Positions 47,285 to 56,059 of a DNA stretch of 64,000 bases are shown in pieces. The position numbers and the translations under genes are program-made. The notes beneath the pieces are model-generated. The model saw only the letters and a list, made by a program, of their open reading frames with translations, was not told the origin of the DNA and did no database searches. Source of the stretch: Dehalococcoidia bacterium. Its GTDB lineage: Bacteria; Chloroflexota; Dehalococcoidia; SHYB01. Positions within the stretch are counted from its first letter, which is position 1, and each line of letters opens with the position of its first letter. The stretch lies in contig OZ244810.1 in assembly GCA_965220155.1 (NCBI GenBank), positions 32,279-96,278 on the forward strand, in the 5' to 3' direction.

Positions 47285-48516
47285 AGCAGGGCAATCGCAT
47301 ATTAAATTGATTCTAAGACAAGATATAGGATTGTGGTCAATCCAGGGTAAGGAGGGACCACATGGACGCTACGCCTGCAGCCAACCTGATCGATCGGTTC
47401 GCAAAGCTCAACGACCCACGAGACGATCGCGCCAAGCGCCACAACCTGATGGATGTCGTGGTCATCGCTATCTGCGCGGTCCTCTGTGGTGCGGACTCGT
47501 GGGTGGACGTGGAGTTGTTTGGCAAGTCGAAGAAGGACTGGCTCCGTCGGTTCCTCGAGCTGCCCAACGGCATCCCATCGCATGACACCTTCGGCAGAGT
47601 CTTCGCGAGACTGGACGCGACGCAGTTCCAGGAATGTTTCATGGACTGGGTGAGCGCGGTCAGCGAGGTGACCAGAGGGCAGGTGGTGGCGATCGATGGC
47701 AAGACGCTCCGTCGTTCGCATAACAGATTCATAGGGAAGTCAGCAATCCACATGGTGAGCGCGTGGGCATCATCCAACCATCTGGTGCTCGGACAGACCA
47801 AGGTCGATGAACGTTCCAATGAGATCACGGCCATACCTCAACTGTTGAGCGTGCTGGATGTGTCCGGATGCATCGTCACCATTGACGCCATGGGGTGCCA
47901 GAAGGAGATTGCGGCAACGATCATCGACCAAGGTGCTGACTACGTCCTGGCCCTCAAGGAGAATCAGCCCCAACTCCACCGGGACGTCAAGGAGGCGTTT
48001 GCCGATGCCCTACGGACCGGCTTTGCCGATCTTGATCACGACTTCTGCGAGACGGTCAACAAAGGGCATGGTCGAATCGAGATGCGGCGATGCTGGTCTG
48101 TCTCAGACCCCGACCACATCGACTACCTCAACGACCGTCAGGAGTGGACGGAACTCACCAGTGTGGCGATGGTCGAGTCGGAACGCTGTGGCGGAGACGG
48201 CAGAACGTCCACGGAAGTCCGCTACTACCTATCGAACCTGCCGAACCGGGCCGACCGAATCCTCTCAGCGGTGAGAGGACACTGGGGCATTGAGAATTCG
48301 GTCCACTGGGTGCTTGATATCGCCTTCCGCGAGGACGATTGCCGAGTCAGGACTGGCAACGCCGCCGAGAACTTCTCCACCCTGCGTCGCATGGCCCTCA
48401 ATATGCTCAAGCGCGAGTCCATGTCGAAAGGGGGCATCGCCGCCAAACGCAAGAGAGCCGGATGGGATGAGGACTACCTCCTCACCGTGCTCAACACTTA
48501 GTATGCGATTGCCCTG
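47285..48516 (+). mobile_element. ISAs1-family insertion sequence (1232 bp) with imperfect terminal inverted repeats and 10-bp target-site duplication ATTCGGGTAG
   Basis: Left end CAGGGCAATCGCATA (47287-47301) and right end TATGCGATTGCCCTG (48502-48516) are reverse complements. An identical ATTCGGGTAG lies at 47275-47284 and 48517-48526. Single transposase ORF inside. Confidence 0.8.
47362..48501 (+). CDS. ISAs1 family transposase (DDE)
   Basis: PRDDRAKRHNLMDVVVIAICAVLCGADSWVDVELFGKSKKDWLRRFLELPNGIPSHDTFGRVF is the hallmark ISAs1/H-repeat N-terminus. AAGGAGGG RBS. Confidence 0.9.
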   Translation: MDATPAANLIDRFAKLNDPRDDRAKRHNLMDVVVIAICAVLCGADSWVDVELFGKSKKDWLRRFLELPNGIPSHDTFGRVFARLDATQFQECFMDWVSAVSEVTRGQVVAIDGKTLRRSHNRFIGKSAIHMVSAWASSNHLVLGQTKVDERSNEITAIPQLLSVLDVSGCIVTIDAMGCQKEIAATIIDQGADYVLALKENQPQLHRDVKEAFADALRTGFADLDHDFCETVNKGHGRIEMRRCWSVSDPDHIDYLNDRQEWTELTSVAMVESERCGGDGRTSTEVRYYLSNLPNRADRILSAVRGHWGIENSVHWVLDIAFREDDCRVRTGNAAENFSTLRRMALNMLKRESMSKGGIAAKRKRAGWDEDYLLTVLNT

Positions 48517-48544
48517 ATTCGGGTAGTGTCTCAGTTCGAATATC

Positions 48545-48577
48545 GGTAGTGCCTCAGGCTGAGGCACTACCGATATT
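48545..48577. terminator. Perfect 16-bp-stem hairpin ATCGGTAGTGCCTCAG-G-CTGAGGCACTACCGAT, probable terminator for the convergent amidohydrolase gene
   Basis: Read directly. Lies 56 nt beyond the stop of the minus-strand gene 48633..50333 and just outside the IS right end. No strong U-tract. Confidence 0.45.
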
Positions 48578-48632
48578 TCAGCATCTCGTTCTCGGTCCAA
48601 GGATCCGGCGACCGGGTGGCCCGCGGTATCAA

Positions 48633-50333
48633 TCAGGCCTGCCTGCAGCTGCGGAGCAGCTTCCCGGGAAGGGCCCCCGAGCATTCGTTTTCCTCGAAGG
48701 TTACGGTGCCATTGACAATCGTATACCGCAGACCCCTGGGCTTCTGAATAATTCTCTTCTCACCACCGGGGAAGTCGTTGGCGTACACCGGCCTCTCGTA
48801 GACGAACCCGAGCTGGTCCAAGTCGTAGACGATGATATCGGCCCAGTTCCCCACTTGCAGGGTGCCTCGTCCCTTGAAGTCCGTGATCCACGCTGGAAAC
48901 GCGCTCATTTTGAAATGGGCCTGCTCGAGGCTCATGATCTCGTGGTCGCGCGTCCAGTAGGAGAGCCACCAGATAGGCCAGGTGGAGATGGTGAGGTACC
49001 TGGTATGGGCGCCGCCATCTGAAGCCGAAACGTGAGTATGGGGATCCGTGAAGCGCCGACCCCTGGCCTGGGACTGTTCCATAGAGAGTCCTGGGTACAC
49101 GACCTGGAACTCCGTCTCGAGTCCTTCGTCGAGAGCCAGGTCCAGGAAAGCGTCCAGCGGGTCCTTCCCGAGCGACTTCGCTATCTCCGCCACTGCCATG
49201 CCTTCGTACTTATGGTTGCGCTCGTGGACGGCCTCCAAGACGCTGATGAAGGTGAAGTCGCTCCTGGCGTTTGGCCATTCCTCCAGGTCACGCTTCATCC
49301 TCGTCCGCGTCTCGGGGTCGCGTAGTTTGGGCGCCCGCTCCTGCGCGGTGCCAACGAACGGGGCTACCCAGTTGGGCATATAGTCGAACCGGTTGTATTC
49401 CGAAAGCTTGTACCGCTCCGTGAAGTCCGGGGAGCAGAGGGCTTGCGCAATAAGCTGGAGCCCCTCCTCGCGGCAAGAGCGGACCCACTCCTTCCAGGAT
49501 GGGGAGGCGTCAGTGTCGAGGACCTGGAGCGGGCGGCCGCTCTTTCTCATCACGCCAGTCAACATGGCGCGGACCTTGTCCTTTTCCTCGGGGGTATAGC
49601 CCAGCCCAAGGGTTCCACCGATGTGCCCGGTGCCCATCTCACCCAAGATCTCCGCCAGGGCGTAGAACTCCTCATCCGAGGCGACATGGCTGGGGAGGAA
49701 ACCACCGTCCTCAGTCCGGTCTTCCATGTTTTTGTCGAGGGCAAAGCCAAATCCGCCTGCTTGCATGCCCTCGTGGAAAAGCTGCTTCATGCGGTCCATC
49801 TCAGCATCGGTTATTGTCGTCCGCTCCCGTGCGGCCATCATTCCGAGGACGTACCCGCGGAGCGGGGAGAACGGGACCAGCGCCCCGACGTTGACCCCGA
49901 GGCCGTGACGCTCGAGGCTGTCGAGGTATTCCGGGAAACTCTCCCAGTCCCAGTGCATTCCCCGACGCATCGACTCCATGGGGATGGCCTCGATACGATT
50001 CATCATGCCCATGTTCAGCTCACGGTCTTCGGGCCGCGTCGGGGCGAATCCGAACCCGCACTCCCCAATCGTCAGCGAGGTGACCCCGTGCCATCCGGAA
50101 AGGGACGCATAGGGGTCCCAGTTGAGCTGGGCATCGTAGTGCGTGTGAAGATCGATGGCACCTGGCGCGACGATGCAGCCGCCGGCGTCGATCTCCCGGG
50201 CGCCGCCGGCGCGGATCCGCCCGCTGATCGCGGCGACTCTGCCGTCCTTCACAGCCACATCGGCGCGGTAGCGAGGGACCCCGGTCCCATCGATAAAGGT
50301 ACCGCCGCGAATCACGAGATCGAATTCGGCCAT
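48633..50333 (-). CDS. N-acyl-D-amino-acid deacylase (D-aminoacylase) family amidohydrolase
   Basis: Start MAEFDLVIRGGTFIDGTGVPRYRADVAVKDGRVAAI with a GGGAGAAAG RBS. DLHTHYD metal-binding motif and the D-aminoacylase architecture. Confidence 0.85.
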   Translation of the reverse strand: MAEFDLVIRGGTFIDGTGVPRYRADVAVKDGRVAAISGRIRAGGAREIDAGGCIVAPGAIDLHTHYDAQLNWDPYASLSGWHGVTSLTIGECGFGFAPTRPEDRELNMGMMNRIEAIPMESMRRGMHWDWESFPEYLDSLERHGLGVNVGALVPFSPLRGYVLGMMAARERTTITDAEMDRMKQLFHEGMQAGGFGFALDKNMEDRTEDGGFLPSHVASDEEFYALAEILGEMGTGHIGGTLGLGYTPEEKDKVRAMLTGVMRKSGRPLQVLDTDASPSWKEWVRSCREEGLQLIAQALCSPDFTERYKLSEYNRFDYMPNWVAPFVGTAQERAPKLRDPETRTRMKRDLEEWPNARSDFTFISVLEAVHERNHKYEGMAVAEIAKSLGKDPLDAFLDLALDEGLETEFQVVYPGLSMEQSQARGRRFTDPHTHVSASDGGAHTRYLTISTWPIWWLSYWTRDHEIMSLEQAHFKMSAFPAWITDFKGRGTLQVGNWADIIVYDLDQLGFVYERPVYANDFPGGEKRIIQKPRGLRYTIVNGTVTFEENECSGALPGKLLRSCRQA

Positions 50334-50589
50334 GACTTTCTCCCTACCCACATTGGCCCTTCAGGCGCCTATTGTACTACCCTCGAGTTGTACTATCCTC
50401 GAGAACAGGGGCTGGCTGCACTTCCGTTGAACCTCGGTCCTCGACAGCTCCTATCAAACGCGGCCGGGCCCTGGCGTCCGGGGGAGGGGAATGAGGCTAG
50501 CTCCCACGGCCGCAGCCTATCTCAGCCGGGGTAAGGGGCTGTAGGTGCTTCATCGTGTTATCCTCCTCACTTGGTCACTGTATTCGATT

Positions 50590-50989
50590 TCAACCCGCCG
50601 TCACCCGGACCCACGCAATCCCGTCAACGTGCTCAAAGTGTCCATCGGCTGAAACGAGATCGGCAGCCTGTCTCCATCGCATGCGCCGCAATCCAGACGT
50701 CGTTTGTCGGAATGGGACGGCCCTTCATTCTCAAAGATGCCGCTATCCTGGAGTAGCGGTCTGCTGTTACCTGCCCCACGGCTACGAAGGACACGTACGG
50801 GCTGTTAAGAAAAGAGCGGAGGTCGGCAACGTTTCGCTCGAAGTACGACCCTCGCCGGAAGCCATACATCAGCTCCCCAACCACGATGGCCGAGAGCAGG
50901 ACCTCTGCAGCCCTCCGCACAAGCTCGGCGACCTGCTCATGCCCCCGCATGAGCAGGGAGTAAGCATTAGAGTCCAGGAGGACCCTCAT
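50590..50989 (-). pseudogene. VapC (PIN) toxin with 1-nt frameshift near the C-terminus
   Basis: The annotated ORF (50633..50989) ends ...WIAAHAMETGCRSRFSRWTL*. Shifting by one base after METG gives AADLVSADGHFEHVDGIAWVRVTAG*, the canonical PIN C-terminus with the fourth acidic residue. This implies a single-base deletion around 50664-50672. Confidence 0.55.
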
Positions 50990-51249
50990 TTCCAGGCTGA
51001 CTCGTCAACGGTCTCGAACTCCTTCAACGCGGAGTCCATCTCATCCGCTTCTACCGGAGTCCAGGTCCCTATCAGATAATCCAGTGAAGAGCCGATAGTG
51101 TCCGCTCCTCCCGTACCGTCCGCTAGGCCAGCGCCCTTCCGGAGCAGCCTCAGCGCAGCCTGATTCAGGGAGATTCCCTCCCGCTTTGCGAGGCGGCGCA
51201 CACAGGCGCTCAGCTCATCGTCGAATCCTCTGACCGTCAGTTGGTTCAC
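50986..51249 (-). CDS. FitA-like RHH antitoxin
   Basis: MNQLTVRGFDDELSACVRRLAKREGISLNQAALRLLRKG. Overlaps the vapC start by 4 nt. Confidence 0.7.
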   Translation of the reverse strand: MNQLTVRGFDDELSACVRRLAKREGISLNQAALRLLRKGAGLADGTGGADTIGSSLDYLIGTWTPVEADEMDSALKEFETVDESAWK

Positions 51250-51494
51250 GTCGTGTCACCTCCTGTGAGCCATAAGTAGAGGCACTACGAGTCATTCTAT
51301 TAGCCGATCACGCGTGGGTCCAAGACCGGCTGGCCATTTGACGATCTCAGGGCAAACGGGGTTCATCTGGTATTGCAGGGCCGAAGGCGGCCTCGAGGCG
51401 CGCGGACGTTTGATTGGCGGTAGGCGATGGCATAGCCGTTTACCATCTACAGGCTGGAGAGGCGCACCAAGTATCAGGGTCGCGCCGCCAAGCA

Positions 51495-51902
51495 TCAGAA
51501 CAATCCACTGAGCGCCTCCTGGAGATCGACCGCACGGATTGGAGAGCGTTCGTAGTCCCTGACGTTCCTCGTCACGATGTGCCGAGCGCCGCAGGCACGG
51601 GCGGCGGCCACCTGCATCGCGTCCTCGAAGTCCTCCATCGGAAGTTCCGCCGCGTAGCGGATGGCCTCTGTGTCGGTGGGTGCCACTGCCACGAAGCGGG
51701 TCAATTCGACGATGAAGTCGCGCGCGCTCACCCCGCCGCGCGCCGGAGCCACGATGTAGTAGAGGTTCGAGACGGAGTGCCACGCGATGTACGCGCCCTC
51801 CGCGCCATGCTCGATCCGGTCCAGGAGCTCCGAGGCCGGACCGGAGTGCGGACGCCTATCGAGGGCGATGTCGATGAGCACGTCGGTGTCGAGAAGTATC
51901 AT
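51495..51902 (-). CDS. vapC: Type II toxin VapC (PIN domain)
   Basis: MILLDTDVLIDIAL...HIVTRNVRDY, a PIN domain. Confidence 0.8.
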   Translation of the reverse strand: MILLDTDVLIDIALDRRPHSGPASELLDRIEHGAEGAYIAWHSVSNLYYIVAPARGGVSARDFIVELTRFVAVAPTDTEAIRYAAELPMEDFEDAMQVAAARACGARHIVTRNVRDYERSPIRAVDLQEALSGLF

Positions 51903-52126
51903 CGGAGGTACTTCTTGGTCAGCGCGTCGTAGCGCGGGTCGTCGTCACGCCCAGCCGCCCGAAACTTGCCCAGCCACCGCGAGGCGAAGGATGGAGCATG
52001 ATCTCCCGCTACCTCCCTGAGAGACTGCTCGATGAGCGACGACAGCGAGACGCCTCGGGAGCGGGCGTACCGTTTGGCTATCGGGAGCAGCTCGGCGTCT
52101 ACAGTGATGGTGAGCTTTCGCTTCAT
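51899..52126 (-). CDS. Antitoxin (DUF6364-like partner of PIN toxins)
   Basis: MKRKLTITVDAELLPIAKRYARSRGVSLSSLIEQSLREV. Overlaps vapC by 4 nt. Confidence 0.65.
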   Translation of the reverse strand: MKRKLTITVDAELLPIAKRYARSRGVSLSSLIEQSLREVAGDHAPSFASRWLGKFRAAGRDDDPRYDALTKKYLR

Positions 52127-52614
52127 TGTGACTCGGCGCCCCCGCTCTAAGTATACCCATGCTATCTACCAGTATACGTGTACCTAGGGTACCCTCCAAA
52201 GGACCTGTGGACCGGCTACCCGTATCTAAGATGCAGCCGTTGAGTTTCACCAACCCATCTCCTTCGAGTCCCTTGCCACCCGGTCACCGGCCCCGACAAT
52301 CAGGGCTATCTTACGGAACGGGCCGTCCTCTGGACGTGCTCACGGAGCACTCCATTGATGTCCGTTTGGTATCCGCGACCGTCACGAGCATGGGCCTTGA
52401 ACCAGGCTACCAATGCCCGATGGGGTGGGGAGCAGGGTCTGACTACAGGCCGAGAACGAACCTCAACGTGAAGGTTCCCGATTCTGTCCAGTTTGGAGGA
52501 CTCGACCCGACCGCAACACGGACCACGCCGGGTGAGCGTTGACAAGAGAGTGACGGCCCCGCCTCGCTGCCGATCCCATCTCGGGGCCGCCACTTCTTAG
52601 CTAGCGGAGTTCGG

Positions 52615-52923
52615 CTACCAGCGCGGGCCTCGGCCACCGCCACCGCCACCGCCACCGCCGCCGCCACGCCGGCCGTCGGACTCCCTGGCCCGAGCTTCGT
52701 TCACGGTTAGCGTGCGGCCGTGGAGCTCTTTCCCGTTCAGGGCCTGGATGGCCGACTCGGCCTCGTCATTGCCGGGCATTTCCACGAAGCCGAAGCCCTT
52801 GGAACGGCCCGAGTAGCGGTCAGTGATGAGCCGCACGGCGTCGATCTTCCCGAAGGGACCGAACGCCTCCTCCAGCTCGGTCTCGCTGGTATCGAATGAA
52901 AGGTTACCGACATAGATGTTCAT
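52615..52923 (-). CDS. RRM-domain RNA-binding protein with Gly-rich tail
   Basis: Start MNIYVGNLSFDTSE (RNP2) with KGFGFVEM (RNP1) and an AGGAGCG RBS. The C-terminal RRGGGGGGGGGGGRG is encoded by a (CCACCG/CCGCCG)n repeat at ~52638-52680. Confidence 0.8.
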   Translation of the reverse strand: MNIYVGNLSFDTSETELEEAFGPFGKIDAVRLITDRYSGRSKGFGFVEMPGNDEAESAIQALNGKELHGRTLTVNEARARESDGRRGGGGGGGGGGGRGPRW

Positions 52924-53133
52924 GCAACGCTCCTGTTCTGTACATGATGTCCCGATCTGCAAGCGTCGCGCGCGCCAGCCCAGCAGTGAGCGAGTCAGGG
53001 AGTGGAAAAGACATTCGCATGAGCTTGGAGACAGCCTCAGTATACCATCGAGGGGTAAAGGGTGGCAGCATCGGCTGGCACACTGGCTTCGCGCCGGAAA
53101 CATCCGTTGGGTCCGCCGCCCCGGGAGCCGGGG

Positions 53134-54312
53134 TCAGGCCCGCGGAAGCCCCAGGCCCCGAGTAGCCATGATGTTCCGCTGTACTTCCGAAGTCCCCCCC
53201 TGAATACTGAGCGAAAGGCCGTACATGTACTCGCCGGGAATTCTGCCATCCAGCGCTGCATGCTTCGACCGGCGGAGTACCTGGCCATAGAGGCCCAGCA
53301 TCTGCATCCCCACCTGTGACAGCCGCTGCTCCACCTCAGATGACAGCAGCTTCGAGGCCGACGCCTCCTGGTTGGGGATCAGCCCCTGGCTTTGCATCCA
53401 TCCCACCCGGTAGGCGATCTCTTTGCCGACGTGGTTAGCCAACGCCACGTCGGCCAGGGCGTTCCTCAGGGGAGGAGCAAGAGGCTGGCCCCGACGTTTG
53501 ATTTCGAGGGCGATAGCCGTGAGATCGTCGATCGAACGCTCCCCGGAGGCAAACCTGCCGATCCCGGACCGCTCGAAGTCCAGGGTCGTCGCGGCTATGT
53601 ACCAGCCCCGGTTCTCCTCACCTATGATCATCTCCTTCGGCACGCGGACTTCATCGAAAAAGACCTGGTTGAAATAGTGGATGTCCATCATATTGATGAT
53701 CGGGCGGACGGTGACGCCGGGAAGGTCCAAAGGCATGACAAAAACGGTGATGCCTCGATGTTTGGGGGCTTCGGGATCGGTGCGAGCCAGCAAGATGCAC
53801 CGGTTGGCACGGTGAGCGCCGCTAGTCCATATCTTGGACCCAGTCACTACGTAGTCGTCCCCATCCCTGACCGCGGCGCACTGGAGTGACGCAAGGTCGG
53901 ACCCGGAGCCGGGCTCGCTGAAACCCTGGCAGTAGACATCCGCGCCGCTGGCGATGGGCGGCAAGATATCTCTCTTCTGCTCGGGGGTGCCGTGGACCAT
54001 CACCGTTGGGGCCACGAGGTTGACCCCGACGACGGCCTCCCTCAGCGGTGCCCGCCCGTATGACATGACCTCGGTGTAGAGCATCTGGTGGATAAGCGGA
54101 AGGCCTCGTCCGCCGTGCTCCACGGGCCATGCCAGGGTGAGCCAGCCCTTGTCCACCAGCTTCACCGTGAAGGCGCGGACGAAATCCCAGTACTCGTCTT
54201 CGAAATACGCGTCGGGGTATACCCCGAGCCAGCCCGCCGGCAGCTCCTCGTCAAGGAATGCCCGCACCTCGGCACGGAACTCCTCTTGCTCTCGCGTGAA
54301 CTGGAACTCCAT
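53134..54312 (-). CDS. Acyl-CoA dehydrogenase family protein
   Basis: Start MEFQFTREQEEFRAEVRAFL. The ACAD middle and C-terminal domains are present (GSEPGSGSD, YGLSLSIQGGTSEVQRN). Confidence 0.85.
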   Translation of the reverse strand: MEFQFTREQEEFRAEVRAFLDEELPAGWLGVYPDAYFEDEYWDFVRAFTVKLVDKGWLTLAWPVEHGGRGLPLIHQMLYTEVMSYGRAPLREAVVGVNLVAPTVMVHGTPEQKRDILPPIASGADVYCQGFSEPGSGSDLASLQCAAVRDGDDYVVTGSKIWTSGAHRANRCILLARTDPEAPKHRGITVFVMPLDLPGVTVRPIINMMDIHYFNQVFFDEVRVPKEMIIGEENRGWYIAATTLDFERSGIGRFASGERSIDDLTAIALEIKRRGQPLAPPLRNALADVALANHVGKEIAYRVGWMQSQGLIPNQEASASKLLSSEVEQRLSQVGMQMLGLYGQVLRRSKHAALDGRIPGEYMYGLSLSIQGGTSEVQRNIMATRGLGLPRA

Positions 54313-54353
54313 GAGGGCTCTGCTTCGCCGGGCGAATGCCTTTCTTCGCGTCC

Positions 54354-55418
54354 CTAAGCCTGACCCGGGACCGGCAGCGCGTACAACCGAGCGGCGTTCC
54401 CGCAGACTAATTTCGCCCGGTCCCCCGGGGACAGGTGCCCCAGATCCCTGGCAACGACGGACCGGGAGTTTGGCCAAGTGGAATTGGGGTGAGGGAAGTC
54501 ATTGGACCACAGGCAGTTGTCCACGCCCCATGAGCCGAGCTGCCGGCAGCCCACCGGGTCGTTGAAGAACGTCGCAAATATCTGGCGGGAGAAGTATTCG
54601 CTCGGGAGCCGGGGGATAGGAGGCGCCAGGCTCTTACGGTAGCGAACGAAGCCGTAGTAGTCCCATTGTTGGAGAAAGAAGGGGAGCCATCCGATTTCGT
54701 ACTCGACGACCACCAGCTTCAATCGCGGAAAGCGCTCCAGCGTACCGGAAAATATGAGGTCGAAGAGGCTGTCCGTAATGCCCTGGAGCTTGAGATTCAC
54801 ACCCCGGCGGAAGGGCGCCAGCTGTTTCTGCCCCGGCGGGCCCTGTCCGGGGTCGCGGCCCGTCGAGATGTGCAGACTTACGGGTACTTCCAGGTCCTGG
54901 GCCGCCGCCCAGAGCCGGTCGTAATGGTCCGAAGCGAAGGATGCCTCCGGGTAGGGCGTCTGCCATACCTCGGCCCCCCGAAGGCCGGCCTTGCGGCAAC
55001 GCTCCAGCTCACCGATAGCGTAGTCAACGTCGAAGGTTGGGATCAGGCCCACTCCGACGAGCCGATCGGGGGCGGCCTCGCAGTACTCCAGCAGCCAATC
55101 GTTGTAGATTCGACAGCAGGCCTCCTGCAGCTTCCGGTCCTCGATCCCAAAGAGCCGCAGGCCCAGGGTGGGGTAGAGCACCTCCGCGCTGACGCCGTCT
55201 GCCTCCATCTCATTGACCCGCTCGTTGGGATTGCTCCCGCCTGGATGGCCCCTCAGGCTCTCGCCGCCGTCCGAGAAATCGGGAGCGGCATCCCGAAACT
55301 CGCCTGGGAGCCGCTCGTTCCATAGGTCGGGGCTCTCCATCACGTGCGAGTCCGCCGAGATGAGTACCTCTGCCGTCACACCTGAGAGGTCCCCCTGGGT
55401 TTGGGTCGTGGTTGTCAT
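54354..55418 (-). CDS. Amidohydrolase family 2 (PF04909) protein
   Basis: ISADSHVMESPDLW...WSNDFPH, the typical amidohydro_2 pattern. A paralogue of 24729..25853. Confidence 0.85.
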   Translation of the reverse strand: MTTTTQTQGDLSGVTAEVLISADSHVMESPDLWNERLPGEFRDAAPDFSDGGESLRGHPGGSNPNERVNEMEADGVSAEVLYPTLGLRLFGIEDRKLQEACCRIYNDWLLEYCEAAPDRLVGVGLIPTFDVDYAIGELERCRKAGLRGAEVWQTPYPEASFASDHYDRLWAAAQDLEVPVSLHISTGRDPGQGPPGQKQLAPFRRGVNLKLQGITDSLFDLIFSGTLERFPRLKLVVVEYEIGWLPFFLQQWDYYGFVRYRKSLAPPIPRLPSEYFSRQIFATFFNDPVGCRQLGSWGVDNCLWSNDFPHPNSTWPNSRSVVARDLGHLSPGDRAKLVCGNAARLYALPVPGQA

Positions 55419-55549
55419 GAGCTTGACTCCGGCAACGGTCCGAACGGCCTCGGCTTCGGCCTCGCGTTGATCGGTGGTTCACCCGGCGCGTCCTGCCGGA
55501 AGGCTAGCCCTCCGGAATCGACGGTGTCAATTCTCTGGGCTGGGCTGGG

Positions 55550-55777
55550 CTAGCGTCCATCGACAACCGGCTGGTCCAACCGGCGCTGCGTGAGCTTCTC
55601 GGGTGTGACAAGCTCGTAGAACTCGAGCGAATAGTCCGTGACCATCTCCATCATCTTCTGGTGGAGCGGCCCCACGGCCGCTGGGATGTTGGCGGGCCAA
55701 TTGGGCTCGATGCGTTCCTGCGTCCACTCGGCGATGGCCACGTTTTGATCGCCGGGCATCCCGTGGCCCACGAACAC
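55550..55777 (-). CDS. Doubtful small ORF (GTG start), possibly the 3' part of a 5'-truncated gene
   Basis: The frame is open to ~55945 but has no ATG/GTG/TTG until 55777: ...LKAWQVASYLSKICEAYEGTGRSKAQ|VFVGHGMPGDQNVAIAEWTQERIEPNWP.... No family recognised. Confidence 0.25.
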   Translation of the reverse strand: MFVGHGMPGDQNVAIAEWTQERIEPNWPANIPAAVGPLHQKMMEMVTDYSLEFYELVTPEKLTQRRLDQPVVDGR

Positions 55778-56059
55778 CTGGGCCTTGCTGCGCCCTGTCC
55801 CTTCGTAGGCCTCGCAGATCTTGGAGAGATAGCTGGCGACCTGCCATGCTTTCAGCGGCTGAGTCCTGGCGATTCGGCGAATGACGTACAGGGTGCACCT
55901 CCATGAATGGGTGATCCGGAGAATATCAGGGATGTTTCCCAGCGGCTAGCCTTACTCCAGATCGGTGGCTACCGCCATGCTCCCATTCCGTCTTGACTTT
56001 GGCCCTCCAACGGGTATCTTCCAAGAAGCTGAGCGCCACGCCAGCGCAAGGAGGGCAAG

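Noticed and set aside
49443-50534. 363-aa plus-strand ORF
   Set aside because: Antisense to the D-aminoacylase gene.
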